A program made the position numbers and the translations under genes. Below, piece by piece: positions 7,719 to 17,200 of a stretch of 19,525 nucleotides of DNA (position 1 is the stretch's first letter; the number at the start of each line of letters is the position of its first letter). The DNA is taken from IMG/VR virus record IMGVR_UViG_2579778674_000015, positions 1-19,525 of that record; one strand, given 5' to 3'. The notes under the pieces are model-generated. The model saw only the letters and a program-made list of their open reading frames with translations. It searched no databases and had not been told where the DNA came from. This DNA comes from a virus (Duplodnaviria > Heunggongvirae > Uroviricota > Caudoviricetes).

Positions 7719-7951
7719 GCTGCACCTCCGAGATGCTTCATGTTTTTTCCGGAGCGAAAGGTTATAAGCGGCATACTGACGCGGTAATTACGGCCCAGCG
7801 GTTCACAAATCACCTTCTGACATTCACGGTCAACCAGGCTAACACGTAGAACATGCCCTGCAGGCGTGGTGTACCACTGCCCAACTGTAGGAATTGATGT
7901 TTTTTTACGCTGAAATAAACGGTAAATGTTGAGGATCAACGGATTAAGCAT
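7715..7951 (-). CDS. Hypothetical protein (78 aa)
   Basis: GGAGG SD 8 nt before the ATG; stop overlaps the downstream start (ATGA). No recognisable motif. Confidence 0.45.
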   Translation of the reverse strand: MLNPLILNIYRLFQRKKTSIPTVGQWYTTPAGHVLRVSLVDRECQKVICEPLGRNYRVSMPLITFRSGKNMKHLGGAA

Positions 7952-8780
7952 GACGATGCCCTCCGCTGATATTCAGGAGACGGTGAATATGAAAATTAGC
8001 CTTATCCGCCAGACGAATACGTTCAGCCTGCAAGTTAATAAGGGTTTCTACCAGAACCTGATGCGCCTGCGGATCCGAAAGAGTTACCTTGCGCAGAGCA
8101 CGTAGTGCAGTTGTTACATAACTGAGTTTATGTAAGTCTTCATCATTCAGACGAGTGAGGGCTGGGACAGTAGCCATGATGGCAGCCTCCTTGATCGGTG
8201 AAATACTTCCACCACCGGAAACGCCAATTTCGCTGGTGGTGAACTGAACGGGGTTGGCGTAACCGGTGATCAAGGAAACCGGCGCATCTTTCGATGCCCC
8301 CGCCCAGCCCACCATAACTTTGATGTGAGCAAATGCGGACGATAAAAAAGACGCTGGCGCGTCATATATCGCCTTGATCAATTCCAGGACGCCAATCCCG
8401 GCACCCGCTTTATAAGGTGCCTGAACAGTGTAACGTCCCGGAATGGCAGAATCAATGTGCTGGTGGTCCTTCACACTCAACAAAATCACGCCTGAATTTC
8501 CACAAAGGACTAAAGCACTCATGCGGGTAGTCTTTGCGAAGATAGATAACGCGCTGTGTTTCTGGTTCCCAACGAATAACATGGACATAAAGCCCTCTTC
8601 CGTCACGAAACCAGCGGTTAAGTTCCCGCACAACTCGCCCCCCACAGTCAGGTAAAGTTCTCTGTGGTTACTTACAGCCAGGTGATTTGGTAATCTGCAT
8701 TCATGCCGTAACAACAGGTGTTCAGCGACACTGACCACCAGCTGTTGCGACAAACGGTTATTTGCCGTTAAACTGTTCAT
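7944..8780 (-). CDS. Hypothetical protein (278 aa) in the early-right operon
   Basis: Long ORF with GGAG SD, ATGA-coupled to the upstream gene. No Walker or other catalytic motif recognised. Confidence 0.45.
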   Translation of the reverse strand: MNSLTANNRLSQQLVVSVAEHLLLRHECRLPNHLAVSNHRELYLTVGGELCGNLTAGFVTEEGFMSMLFVGNQKHSALSIFAKTTRMSALVLCGNSGVILLSVKDHQHIDSAIPGRYTVQAPYKAGAGIGVLELIKAIYDAPASFLSSAFAHIKVMVGWAGASKDAPVSLITGYANPVQFTTSEIGVSGGGSISPIKEAAIMATVPALTRLNDEDLHKLSYVTTALRALRKVTLSDPQAHQVLVETLINLQAERIRLADKANFHIHRLLNISGGHRHA

Positions 8781-9340
8781 GCGTTAGTTTCTCCACAGAC
8801 ACAAAACGCCACGACGCCCGGAGCTGCACACTCGCGGGCGTCACTCTTTTCTGGAGCGCAAAAGATTTTGTAGACCAGTGCTGCATGCTCTTGGAGCTTC
8901 GAAATTGACAGATACAACTCATCATTAATTGCTGTCTGCTCGTGTGGCTCCACGACCCCATCTTCGATTGCCGAACGAATCTGCTTTGAGTAATTCCCGA
9001 TCTGTTCGATGACTTCCAGCAGGCGCTGGTTTATATCGGCGTTCTCTACTTCCTCAATTTCAGGAAGCGATACGAACACCCCACCAGCAGACTGTGCGAC
9101 AGCATCCGCAATGTAGTGAGTGCCAGCCGCGCGCTGTAAAACCATTGCCCATCCCAGCGGGAAAATCTGATCGCCATCGGCACGAAGGCGGTTAAATAAT
9201 GCGTTCTCTGTTACATCCAGCCAGTCAGCTGCTTCAGCGTAACCACCCGGCAACGCTGCGATAGTTTTTCTGACAGCTTTCACGTACCACTCAGGCTGTT
9301 TTTCTACTTTCCAGTGATACTTACCCACGGTTAGCCTCAT
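8777..9340 (-). CDS. Hypothetical regulatory protein in the CII position
   Basis: 187-aa ORF immediately after the Cro-like gene; assignment is by position only. Confidence 0.4.
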   Translation of the reverse strand: MRLTVGKYHWKVEKQPEWYVKAVRKTIAALPGGYAEAADWLDVTENALFNRLRADGDQIFPLGWAMVLQRAAGTHYIADAVAQSAGGVFVSLPEIEEVENADINQRLLEVIEQIGNYSKQIRSAIEDGVVEPHEQTAINDELYLSISKLQEHAALVYKIFCAPEKSDARECAAPGVVAFCVCGETNA

Positions 9341-9371
9341 CGTTCTGTGGTTAAAAATTGAAGGTGTTCTG

Positions 9372-9572
9372 TTAATCTTTCGGATAGATATCCGGTCTTA
9401 AGTCAGATTTCGTAATTGCACCTGACGTGCATTGCTCAAGTTTTTTCGCCAGCACAAAACTGGCTTTTTTATAACCATTGAAAACCAGCCGTAAGTAGCC
9501 AGGTGTTGAGCCAACTTTTCCGGCCAACTCGCCCTGCTGTTCTTTGGTTAAAGAGTCCCAATACGCTTTCAT
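9372..9572 (-). CDS. Cro-like HTH regulator
   Basis: 66-aa protein MKAYWDSLTKEQQGELAGKVGSTPGYLRLVFNGYKKASFVLAKKLEQCTSGAITKSDLRPDIYPKD, strong SD GGAGGT 9 nt upstream, divergent from the repressor. Track ORF 9372..9875 is an extension overlapping the repressor start. Confidence 0.6.
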   Translation of the reverse strand: MKAYWDSLTKEQQGELAGKVGSTPGYLRLVFNGYKKASFVLAKKLEQCTSGAITKSDLRPDIYPKD

Positions 9573-9662
9573 ACAATATGTACCTCCGATATACATATTA
9601 CATGATTGAAATGAACCTTCAAGATACTTGTACCTTATCGGTACAAAGGTTTTAATTTCGTT
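9573..9662. promoter_or_regulatory. Divergent immunity-region promoters and operators (pR-like / pRM-like)
   Basis: Inverted repeat TTGTACC-n5-GGTACAA at 9628-9646; ATATGTA-n9-TACATAT at 9576-9598 enclosing the cro SD. Minus-strand -35 TTGAAG (9617-9622) and -10 TAATAT (9595-9600). Plus-strand -10-like TTTAAT (9651-9656) places a start near the cI ATG with no SD, suggesting a leaderless cI mRNA. Confidence 0.45.
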
Positions 9663-10337
9663 ATGAAAACAATCCATGACATCCGGCGGTCTAACGCCAG
9701 AAAACTGAGAGATGGTGTTGGCGGGAATTCTTCCTTTGCCACCATGATTGATCGCGAGCCAACCCAGACCAGCAGGTTTATGGGAGATGGTGCTACTAAA
9801 AATATCGGTGACAGCATGGCGCGGCACATCGAAAAATGTTTCGACCTGCCTGTCGGATGGCTTGATCAAGAACACCAGACCACGAACATCACAAAAAAAC
9901 CTGATGTTTCAATCACTAACAAACAAATAACGTTAGTCCCTGTCATATCATGGGTACAGGCCGGAGCATGGAAAGAAGTTGGCTATTCTGAGGTTGATTT
10001 GAGCACAGCAGAAACTTACCCCTGCCCTGTACCCTGTGGCGAAATGACTTATATCTTGCGGGTGATTGGTGATTCAATGATTGATGAGTACCGCCCTGGA
10101 GACATGATTTTTGTTGATCCCGAAGTCCCTGCCTGCCACGGTGACGACGTTATTGCATTGATGCACGATACAGGCGAAACCACCTTCAAGCGATTGATAG
10201 AAGATGGAACACAGCGTTATCTCAAAGCATTAAACCCAAACTGGCCTGAGCCTTACATTAAGATTAACGGTAATTGCTCTATAATTGGTACAGTGATTTT
10301 CTCGGGAAAACCAAGAAGATACACAATAAAGGCCTAA
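9663..10337 (+). CDS. CI/C2-type phage repressor (N-terminal HTH, C-terminal S24 LexA-like autopeptidase)
   Basis: 224 aa; C-terminal ...LVPVISWVQAGAWKE...LRVIGDSMIDEYRPGDMIFVDPEV...TFKRL...INGNCSIIGTVIF with Ser in GDSM and Lys in TFKRL; N-terminal XRE-type HTH. Confidence 0.85.
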   Translation: MKTIHDIRRSNARKLRDGVGGNSSFATMIDREPTQTSRFMGDGATKNIGDSMARHIEKCFDLPVGWLDQEHQTTNITKKPDVSITNKQITLVPVISWVQAGAWKEVGYSEVDLSTAETYPCPVPCGEMTYILRVIGDSMIDEYRPGDMIFVDPEVPACHGDDVIALMHDTGETTFKRLIEDGTQRYLKALNPNWPEPYIKINGNCSIIGTVIFSGKPRRYTIKA

Positions 10338-10349
10338 TCAATATTTATG

Positions 10350-10372
10350 AACCTGCTTCGGCAGGTTTTTTT
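10350..10372 (+). terminator. Rho-independent terminator after the repressor gene
   Basis: aacctgc-UUCG-gcaggtt followed by a 7-T tract, starting 13 nt after the cI stop. Confidence 0.7.
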
Positions 10373-10376
10373 ATAC

Positions 10377-10409
10377 TTGACAATGTACCCATGAGATACA
10401 TAATGTATC
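10377..10409 (+). promoter_or_regulatory. pL-like promoter with overlapping palindromic operator
   Basis: Consensus -35 TTGACA (10377-10382), 16-nt spacer, -10 CATAAT (10399-10404). Palindrome GATACAT-a-ATGTATC (10395-10409) overlaps the -10; ATGTACC (10384-10390) repeats the pR-region half-site. Confidence 0.5.
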
Positions 10410-10822
10410 CAAAAGAAACATGAGGCAGGCAAGATTCAAACAAAATTTGGTTGTAACACGGCGTATGGCACATGCGTCGTTAGCGGTCTGGGGACGTTAA
10501 AGGGGACAATCCACTTCTTGCTCGGGCAAACAAACCAGGTAGCCGGAATGTGCAAGTCAATGATGATGCTGATAAGACGCCTAACCAGCGTGGCGATCCG
10601 GTTTGACGCCTGGGAAGAGACCAGGGTGCAACGATGAGGGCATTTATAGAGCCGCGACAAAGTGTGGTGCCGTAACTGGCTAAGTGCTCTCAGCGTTGTG
10701 GTAATCCGCGAAATGGCGCGGCGGTAAGTATGGCGGGGTTACTCTTTCCCCGTTGAGGACACCGGATTGTCAGGTTGACCATACGCCTGAGTGACAACCC
10801 CACCACAACAGCCACTGCTTTG

Positions 10823-10868
10823 GCGGTACCAGTTTGTACACTTGCTTCCGGCTGGTACCGCTCTTTTT
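10823..10868 (+). terminator. Rho-independent terminator within the early-left leader
   Basis: Perfect 10-bp stem GCGGTACCAG / CTGGTACCGC (10823-10832, 10852-10861), 19-nt loop, then TCTTTTT. Confidence 0.55.
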
Positions 10869-10957
10869 ACAAAATAGAGAAGAGCATCACCGGACGACGG
10901 GCTCATAACCCAATCCATCCGGGCGGCTGCCACCGCAGGTGTTCTTCTCTGTTTTGT
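10869..10957 (+). other. Long-range 17-bp RNA helix (two G-U wobbles) enclosing 55 nt, upstream of the first early-left gene
   Basis: ACAAAATAGAGAAGAGC (10869-10885) pairs with GTTCTTCTCTGTTTTGT (10941-10957). The two non-Watson-Crick positions are G-U in the plus-strand transcript but C-A mismatches on the other strand. Confidence 0.35.
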
Positions 10958-11005
10958 GGAGAAACCAACCGACCTTGCAGGGTCGATATGATGAGGAGCA
11001 GCAAA

Positions 11006-11368
11006 ATGGCTAGCGAACGCAGTACTGATGTGCAGGCATTTATCGGGGAGCTGGACGGCGGCGTATTTGAAACCAAAATCGGCGCAGTTCTCAGTGAAGT
11101 CGCTTCCGGTGTGATGAACACGAAAACCAAAGGTAAGGTCTCACTCAACCTGGAAATCGAACCATTTGATGAGAACCGTGTGAAAATCAAACACAAACTC
11201 TCATATGTTCGCCCGACTAACCGCGGGAAAATTTCCGAAGAAGACACCACCGAAACGCCGATGTATGTCAATCGCGGTGGTCGCCTGACTATTCTGCAGG
11301 AAGACCAGGGACAATTACTGACTCTTGCCGGTGAACCTGACGGAAAACTACGCGCAGCAGGTCATTAA
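11006..11368 (+). CDS. Hypothetical early-left protein
   Basis: GAGGAG SD 7 nt before ATG at 11006 (MASERSTDVQAF...). The track ORF starting at 10775 crosses the terminator and helix, so the upstream extension is unlikely. Confidence 0.55.
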   Translation: MASERSTDVQAFIGELDGGVFETKIGAVLSEVASGVMNTKTKGKVSLNLEIEPFDENRVKIKHKLSYVRPTNRGKISEEDTTETPMYVNRGGRLTILQEDQGQLLTLAGEPDGKLRAAGH

Positions 11369-11433
11369 TATCGTTCTTAATTAACTGATTATTTATCTCA
11401 TCACTGAATATCTTTATATAGTGAGGACTTATT

Positions 11434-12258
11434 ATGTCTCAGAACTTAGACGCAACCACAATTAATCAAATCCATGCCCTTATTTCTGCTCAGGGTGTTA
11501 ATGAAATTATCAGTAATATTGGTGCCGATGCTGTGGCATTGCCTGAGAATTTCCGCATTCATGATCTGGAAAAATTTAATTTAAATCGCTTCCGTTTCCG
11601 TGGTGCGCTTTCCACTGCCAGCATCGATGACTTTACCCGTTATTCTAAAGATCTTGCAGATGAAGGCACCCGCTGCTTTATCGATGCTGATAATATGCGT
11701 GCCGTCAGTGTACTTAACCTGGGTACTATTGATGAACCAGGTCACGCAGATAACACCGCCACTCTCAAACTGAAAAAGACAGCACCGTTCTCTGCCCTGT
11801 TGTCTGTTAACGGCGAGCGTAACTCCCAGAAGTCACTGGCAGAATGGATTGAAGACTGGGCCGACTACCTTGTGGGCTTTGATGCTAATGGTGACGCTAT
11901 TCAGGCAACAAAAGCGGCTGCGGCAGTCCGTAAAATCACGATTGAAGCAAACCAGACCGCTGATTTTGAAGATAATGACTTCAGCGGCAAACGCTCCCTG
12001 ATGGAGTCTGTCGAAGCGAAGACCAAAGACATTATGCCAGTGGCATTTGAATTTAAATGCGTTCCGTTTGAAGGTCTGAAAGAACGTCCGTTTAAATTAC
12101 GCCTCAGCATTATCACTGGCGATCGTCCTGTACTGGTTCTGCGCATTATTCAGCTGGAGGCGGTGCAGGAAGAAATGGCTAACGAATTTCGTGATCTGCT
12201 TGTTGAGAAATTCAAGGACAGCAAAGTAGAAACCTTTATTGGTACTTTCACCGCCTGA
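11434..12258 (+). CDS. DUF2303-like protein (resembles E. coli CPS-53/KplE1 YfdQ)
   Basis: 274-aa ORF with SD GTGAGGA. Size and gene context recall the KplE1 yfdP-yfdT block; this is from memory, not a search. Confidence 0.55.
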   Translation: MSQNLDATTINQIHALISAQGVNEIISNIGADAVALPENFRIHDLEKFNLNRFRFRGALSTASIDDFTRYSKDLADEGTRCFIDADNMRAVSVLNLGTIDEPGHADNTATLKLKKTAPFSALLSVNGERNSQKSLAEWIEDWADYLVGFDANGDAIQATKAAAAVRKITIEANQTADFEDNDFSGKRSLMESVEAKTKDIMPVAFEFKCVPFEGLKERPFKLRLSIITGDRPVLVLRIIQLEAVQEEMANEFRDLLVEKFKDSKVETFIGTFTA

Positions 12259-12385
12259 TTTCATTACTGCAAATGCCCCTGCGGGGGCATTTATGGAAAC
12301 GTAATTTACTCAATAATCGCCGGATGGTGAGGGATTCTTTTTACCAGAATTCAGCGCGGTGCAGCGCATATACGTGGAGAACAAA

Positions 12386-12922
12386 ATGTCATTTATCAAA
12401 ACTTTTTCTGGGAAGCATTTTTATTATGACAGGATAAATAAAGACGACATCGATATTAACGATATCGCGGTTTCCCTTTCAAATATCTGTCGCTTTGCCG
12501 GTCATCTTTCGCACTTCTACAGCGTCGCCCAACATGCGGTTCTTTGCAGCCAGCTGGTGCCGCAGGAATTTGCTTTTGAAGCGTTAATGCATGATGCAAC
12601 AGAAGCGTATTGCCAGGACATTCCCGCACCACTGAAACGCCTTCTTCCTGACTATAAACGGATGGAAGAAAAAATAGACGCCGTAATCCGTGAGAAATAC
12701 GGGTTACCCCCGGTTATGAGTACACCCGTGAAATATGCCGATCTCATCATGCTGGCAACCGAACGCCGCGATCTCGGGCTTGATGATGGCTCTTTCTGGC
12801 CTGTACTGGAAGGCATCCCGGCAACAGAGATGTTCAACGTGATTCCACTGGCACCGGGCCATGCCTACGGGATGTTTATGGAACGTTTTAACGATTTATC
12901 GGAGTTACGCAAATGCGCATGA
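12386..12922 (+). CDS. HD-domain phosphohydrolase (YfdR-like 5'-deoxynucleotidase family)
   Basis: HFYSVAQH and HDATEA metal-binding motifs; GGAG SD 7 nt before ATG at 12386 (track starts at a GTG at 12359). Confidence 0.7.
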   Translation: MSFIKTFSGKHFYYDRINKDDIDINDIAVSLSNICRFAGHLSHFYSVAQHAVLCSQLVPQEFAFEALMHDATEAYCQDIPAPLKRLLPDYKRMEEKIDAVIREKYGLPPVMSTPVKYADLIMLATERRDLGLDDGSFWPVLEGIPATEMFNVIPLAPGHAYGMFMERFNDLSELRKCA

Positions 12923-13275
12923 ATGTTTTCGAAATGGAAGGGTTTCTTCGCGGGAAATGTGTACCGCGAGATCTGAAAGTGAACGAAACAAATGCTGAGT
13001 ACCTGGTACGTAAATTCGACGCGCTTGAAGCTAAATGTGCGGCACTGGAAAACAAAATAATACCAGTGTCAACTGAACTGCCACCAGCAAATGAAAGTGT
13101 TCTGTTATTTGATGCTAATGGAGAAGGCTGGCTGATTGGCTGGCGTTCTCTCTGGTACACCTGGGGACAAAAAGAAACCGGAGAATGGCAGTGGACATTT
13201 CAGGTCGGGGACCTTGAAAACTTCAATATCACTCACTGGGCAGTAATGCCCAAAGCGCCGGAGGCTGGAGCATAA
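12913..13275 (+). CDS. Hypothetical protein (DUF551-like Trp-rich C-terminus)
   Basis: 120 aa, GGAG SD, start overlaps the upstream stop. C-terminal GWLIGWRSLWYTWGQKETGEWQW...THWAVMP. Confidence 0.55.
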   Translation: MRMNVFEMEGFLRGKCVPRDLKVNETNAEYLVRKFDALEAKCAALENKIIPVSTELPPANESVLLFDANGEGWLIGWRSLWYTWGQKETGEWQWTFQVGDLENFNITHWAVMPKAPEAGA

Positions 13276-13895
13276 TGACCACATTTACCAATAAAGAACT
13301 GATTAAAGAAATCAAAGAACGAATCAGCAGCCTAGAGGTTCGAGACGATATTGAGCGCCGTGCTTATGAAATTGCTCTGGCATCGCTGGAAGAGGAGCCG
13401 GTGGCATGGCTGCATTCAGACAATGGCTTAGGTATTCCGGCAATAACCAGGAGCAAAAACATTGCTGACAGTTGGTTATCAATGGGCTGGTATGTTCAGC
13501 CGCTATATATAGCCAAGCCAGTACTGGTGGTGCCAGATGCTCGTCCGTCTTTAAATAATGGCATAGTCGGTTTTGATGAAGGCTGGAACGCCTGCCGCGC
13601 CACCATGCTTCATGGTGCCAAACCTGTAAGCCAGACTTACAAGTTGAACAAGCTGTCGGGCAACTCTCCGGTAACTCAGGATGGTTGGATAAGCTGTAGT
13701 GAGCGAATGCCGAACGATAAACAGTATGTTTGGTGTTGGGGTAAGTCTTACGGCTGGACTGAGTGCGATACCTTCGAAGGGTATTACGATTGGTCGAGAA
13801 ACAAATGGTGGGCAGTTACTGACGATGGGGAAGAACCGGCATCGAAAGTAACCCACTGGATGCCGCTACCGGAGCCACCGCAGGAGGTGAAGTAA
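13275..13895 (+). CDS. DUF551-like protein
   Basis: 206 aa; start overlaps the upstream stop (TAATG). C-terminal WISCSERMPNDKQYVWCWG...WWAVTDDGEEPASKVTHWMPLPEPP. Confidence 0.55.
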   Translation: MTTFTNKELIKEIKERISSLEVRDDIERRAYEIALASLEEEPVAWLHSDNGLGIPAITRSKNIADSWLSMGWYVQPLYIAKPVLVVPDARPSLNNGIVGFDEGWNACRATMLHGAKPVSQTYKLNKLSGNSPVTQDGWISCSERMPNDKQYVWCWGKSYGWTECDTFEGYYDWSRNKWWAVTDDGEEPASKVTHWMPLPEPPQEVK

Positions 13896-14089
13896 TGAAC
13901 AACTTAATGACAACTAAACAAGTCGCCGACTTCTGTGGCGTTTCAGTATCGACCGTTCTTCGCTGGAACAGCGTAAACAGGAGAACTGGCCAGAAATACA
14001 GGCCTGACTTTCCAGATCCTGATATTAAATCCTGCCCAAATAAATGGGCATCACGCAAGATATACAGGTTTGCTGGAGTTATTGAGTGA
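13895..14089 (+). CDS. Excisionase / AlpA-family HTH protein (putative Xis)
   Basis: 64 aa with strong SD AGGAGGTGA. TTKQVADFCGVSVSTVLRW is a MerR/Xis-type HTH. Last gene of the plus-strand block. Confidence 0.5.
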   Translation: MNNLMTTKQVADFCGVSVSTVLRWNSVNRRTGQKYRPDFPDPDIKSCPNKWASRKIYRFAGVIE

Positions 14090-14124
14090 TGGGTATTAGC
14101 TCATATCAGAACTAATACCCATCA
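14087..14124. repeat. Perfect 13-bp inverted repeat (hairpin, 12-nt loop) at the xis-like stop codon
   Basis: TGATGGGTATTAG (14087-14099) and CTAATACCCATCA (14112-14124). No flanking T/A tract on either strand. A second weaker inverted repeat GACACAG...CTGTGTC follows. Confidence 0.6.
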
Positions 14125-14291
14125 ATGACACAGAGCCAACTACCCACCCTGTGTCAGGGGCTAACTTTTAACACCATAATTCACCGCTAGATAAAAACTG
14201 TATTGCATTGCACGAGCGGCGCAGCATTATCAGTTAGAGTGTCTTTACCTTGTTAGGCTCCACAGTTCGCACTGTCCAACGCCTGTCACTT

Positions 14292-17200
14292 TCACACGCT
14301 GCGCCTTCGAGAATATTCATTTAATCGCTGATAACGAACATCTTGCTCCAGTTGTGGAGCAGCTTGAACAATTTGAAGCAAGCATTGCCCCAACTCTCGA
14401 GGCCCCCAGTGTTGTTCGGCAATCACGGCATTCAGCAGGGATAGAGCGTCCGCAGGATATCGGCTGCAAATATCTGATTCTAGCAAAAGGCGAACGTCGT
14501 AGCTAAGGTGTTCGAGCGGTTGCAGCCAGTCCTGCACCACTGCCAAAGCCGCCGGAAATTCACCTCGGGCAGCAATCACCATACGAGTCAACGATTCGGA
14601 TATGCGTGGGGTGGCCAAGTTGCGGGACTTTGGCCAAACCTGTTGCCAAAATGGCTGGACACGATTTTTCCAATACTCCTCGCGCTGATCGCCCGCACCT
14701 TCAAGTGCCTGGTATAACGCCTGCGCGGCTACCTCCAGACCTTCTTGTGGAAGAGCACTAATTGCCGTTCGGAACTCCTCCACGGTATATCCCTCGGTAG
14801 GGCCCAGAGCTGCATAAGTCAGGAAAATAGCGAATTGCTGCCGGTGCTCGCCAAGATCAGAATAGTGATTGGCGCTCTCCAAAAAATCTGACTTGAAAGC
14901 TATCAGCAACGGTTCATACAGGCGTGGCGACCAGAGGAAGCCTTCCCACACAGCTTTTGCTTCGACGGGATTACTCCAAGCAAACAAGGGCAATAGATAC
15001 TGTTCGGTCCAAGGTCGATCTACGCGAAAAAATGCGATCAGCCGCGACCCCAGCAACACCCGACCATGGCGGAATAGCTCTATCTGTACATTACACAATT
15101 TGGTGAAAAGTGTTTTCAATTCAACAGGAAGCAAATCATTGTCATTCGGGTTCTGTTTGAACCATAGGGTGATCAGTGATTGCGTGACATGCCCAATGGG
15201 ATGATTGATCGCCGTAGAAACAGGATCATAGGTCTCAATTCCGTTTCGAATGGTGCTAGACTCTGGGCTTGTTTCTATCATCAGAACCCGACGACAAAGG
15301 GCCAGTAGAATCTCCTCGTGGCAGAGGATGGTCTTCGAAGCCTCCTCCATCCACCAAGTGACAGCGTGGGAAATCTCCTGAAGTACTGCGTCAGGCATGT
15401 CAAGCACCAACGGTGCGGCGTACCGCCACGAACGCAAAATCATCCCTGGTTCAGCCCAAGTCTGCAGAGCTTCACGCCACCGACCAACAGGCCACACATC
15501 ATCTTGTGATAGTTTACGTAACGCATACAGACTGTGAAAAAAGCGCGTACGGCAAACATCACTCCAAGTGTCCTCATAGAAAGGCAGTCTTTCTGGCATA
15601 GGCTTTGCGAGCCATTGCACTAATTCCTGCCACTTACGGGGCGCAATGTCGACATCTATACTCTCCTCGAAGCCTGGATCACCGGTTCCGCTCATCCAGT
15701 GAGAGAATTCATCACGCTCGTTGGTTGCCAGTTGCCATTTTGGGTATGCTGTGGATATTTCCGTCAAACGTGTAGCCGCAGACTCTCCCAAAACAAGGCC
15801 CGCTCCCCTGAGCTTCGCTAGACACAACCAGACGGAATGAGCCACCAAATAATGCCACCTGTCTGCTTCCAAATTATCCTCGTACATCTCGCGCGGAGGC
15901 CCTGCCAAGATAGCAGTTTCCAGACGCTCTTGTGCAATTCCTGTCAGATGTCGTCCCTGCAAAACAAACAGTCTGAATACCTCTCGCCGAGTATCCGTGG
16001 CCCACAACCACCATGAACCGTCCTCTAACAACCAATTAACCCACCGCTCAGGTGGTATGCAGTTGTCTTGGCTTGCGGCAAACAGTGCCAGACGTTTGAA
16101 GGTGGGATATGGCAACTCAAACCAATTCTGAGCAATGCGCGAGGCCTGATCGCTGTCTTTGGCTCGAACGGCTAACCATGAATCCCGAAGTAATTCAATC
16201 AGGCTCACCCAATCGCGGAACCCCCGGTTCTGCCAGTGCGGAGTGATGGACGGCAAATCCCAATGCGAGCGGTCGTGACGATCGTCGGACTCTCCCAACT
16301 CCCGCAACAAGTCCAGTGCATCACGCAACAACTGCTGAAAATCTTCCAACAGGTATGGCAAGGACGATTTCCATGACTCGTCAGCAAGGTCGAACAGGGT
16401 TGAACGTACGTAATCAGCAGTCAGCACCAGCTCCCAATCCACCAATTGCTTGATTCGCAAGGGTTCATCAGTGCTGCTCGAATCGTCTTCACTATAGCGA
16501 AACGGCCGCCTCAACATAACCTTGGGAGAAAGCAACCCGCGTAACTCCAAGCGCAATGTAGTCGTCAAGCCTTCATTCTTTAAGCGGTTTTGCCAACGAT
16601 ACAAATCCAGGTTCTGCAATGGCGATTTCACACGACCACTAAGCAGAAGCCGCCATAAAGTAGACATAGGTGGACCAGGAATAGCCAGGGGGGAATGCAA
16701 GAGAATTTCATCTAACTCAGAAGTCTTACGCTCCCGCATCAGTGCTGCTAAGCGATCTAGTTCGCTCTCAATCAGAAACATCCAACGGTCGTGTATTTGT
16801 CCGCCGCGTTCAGCAATCCATATGATCAACCTAGGGTCGCCCAGATAACGAACTAGCCAACGGGCTATATGGGACATTACGTCATCCCATTTGCTAGCAC
16901 TGACACATCCAGAAACCAGCGACATCTGCGGGGCCAGCTCATAGGGCGCAGGACGCTGAACCAGACTGAATCGGAGTTTCGGGTCAATTTCGACATGCGG
17001 AGATACACAAAAGCGTGGCAGATCGCTGTATTTAAATCGTTCGTCCGAGAAAGCTTTCAATAACCAATCCAGCGGCGGTGCAGGATTGAGTTCCGCAAAG
17101 CGTTTTGCTGGTAAACCTGATTTATCTGACAAGGCCCACAACATCCGACCAACGAAATCGTCCTGACGAGTGCTGTCCTGCGGGCGGGCCAGAGCATGTT

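Noticed and set aside
9573-9875. Upstream part of track ORF 9372..9875 (167 aa)
   Set aside because: It would overlap the repressor start and the operator region; the Cro-like domain with its strong SD begins at 9572.
10548-10637. 29-codon Arg-containing ORF (MCKSMMMLIRRLTSV...) as an N-like antiterminator
   Set aside because: Far shorter than known N proteins, poor RBS, no convincing arginine-rich motif; left as untranslated leader.
10775-11005. Upstream extension of ORF 10775..11368
   Set aside because: It would translate through the terminator and 17-bp helix; a strong SD precedes the internal ATG at 11006.
10436-11271. Minus-strand ORFs 10436..10660, 10739..10933, 10903..11271
   Set aside because: Antisense to the early-left leader and first gene, crossing the plus-strand terminator and helix; no RBS or motifs.
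14087-14124. 13-bp perfect hairpin as a rho-independent terminator
   Set aside because: No U-tract on either strand; recorded as an inverted repeat of unknown function.
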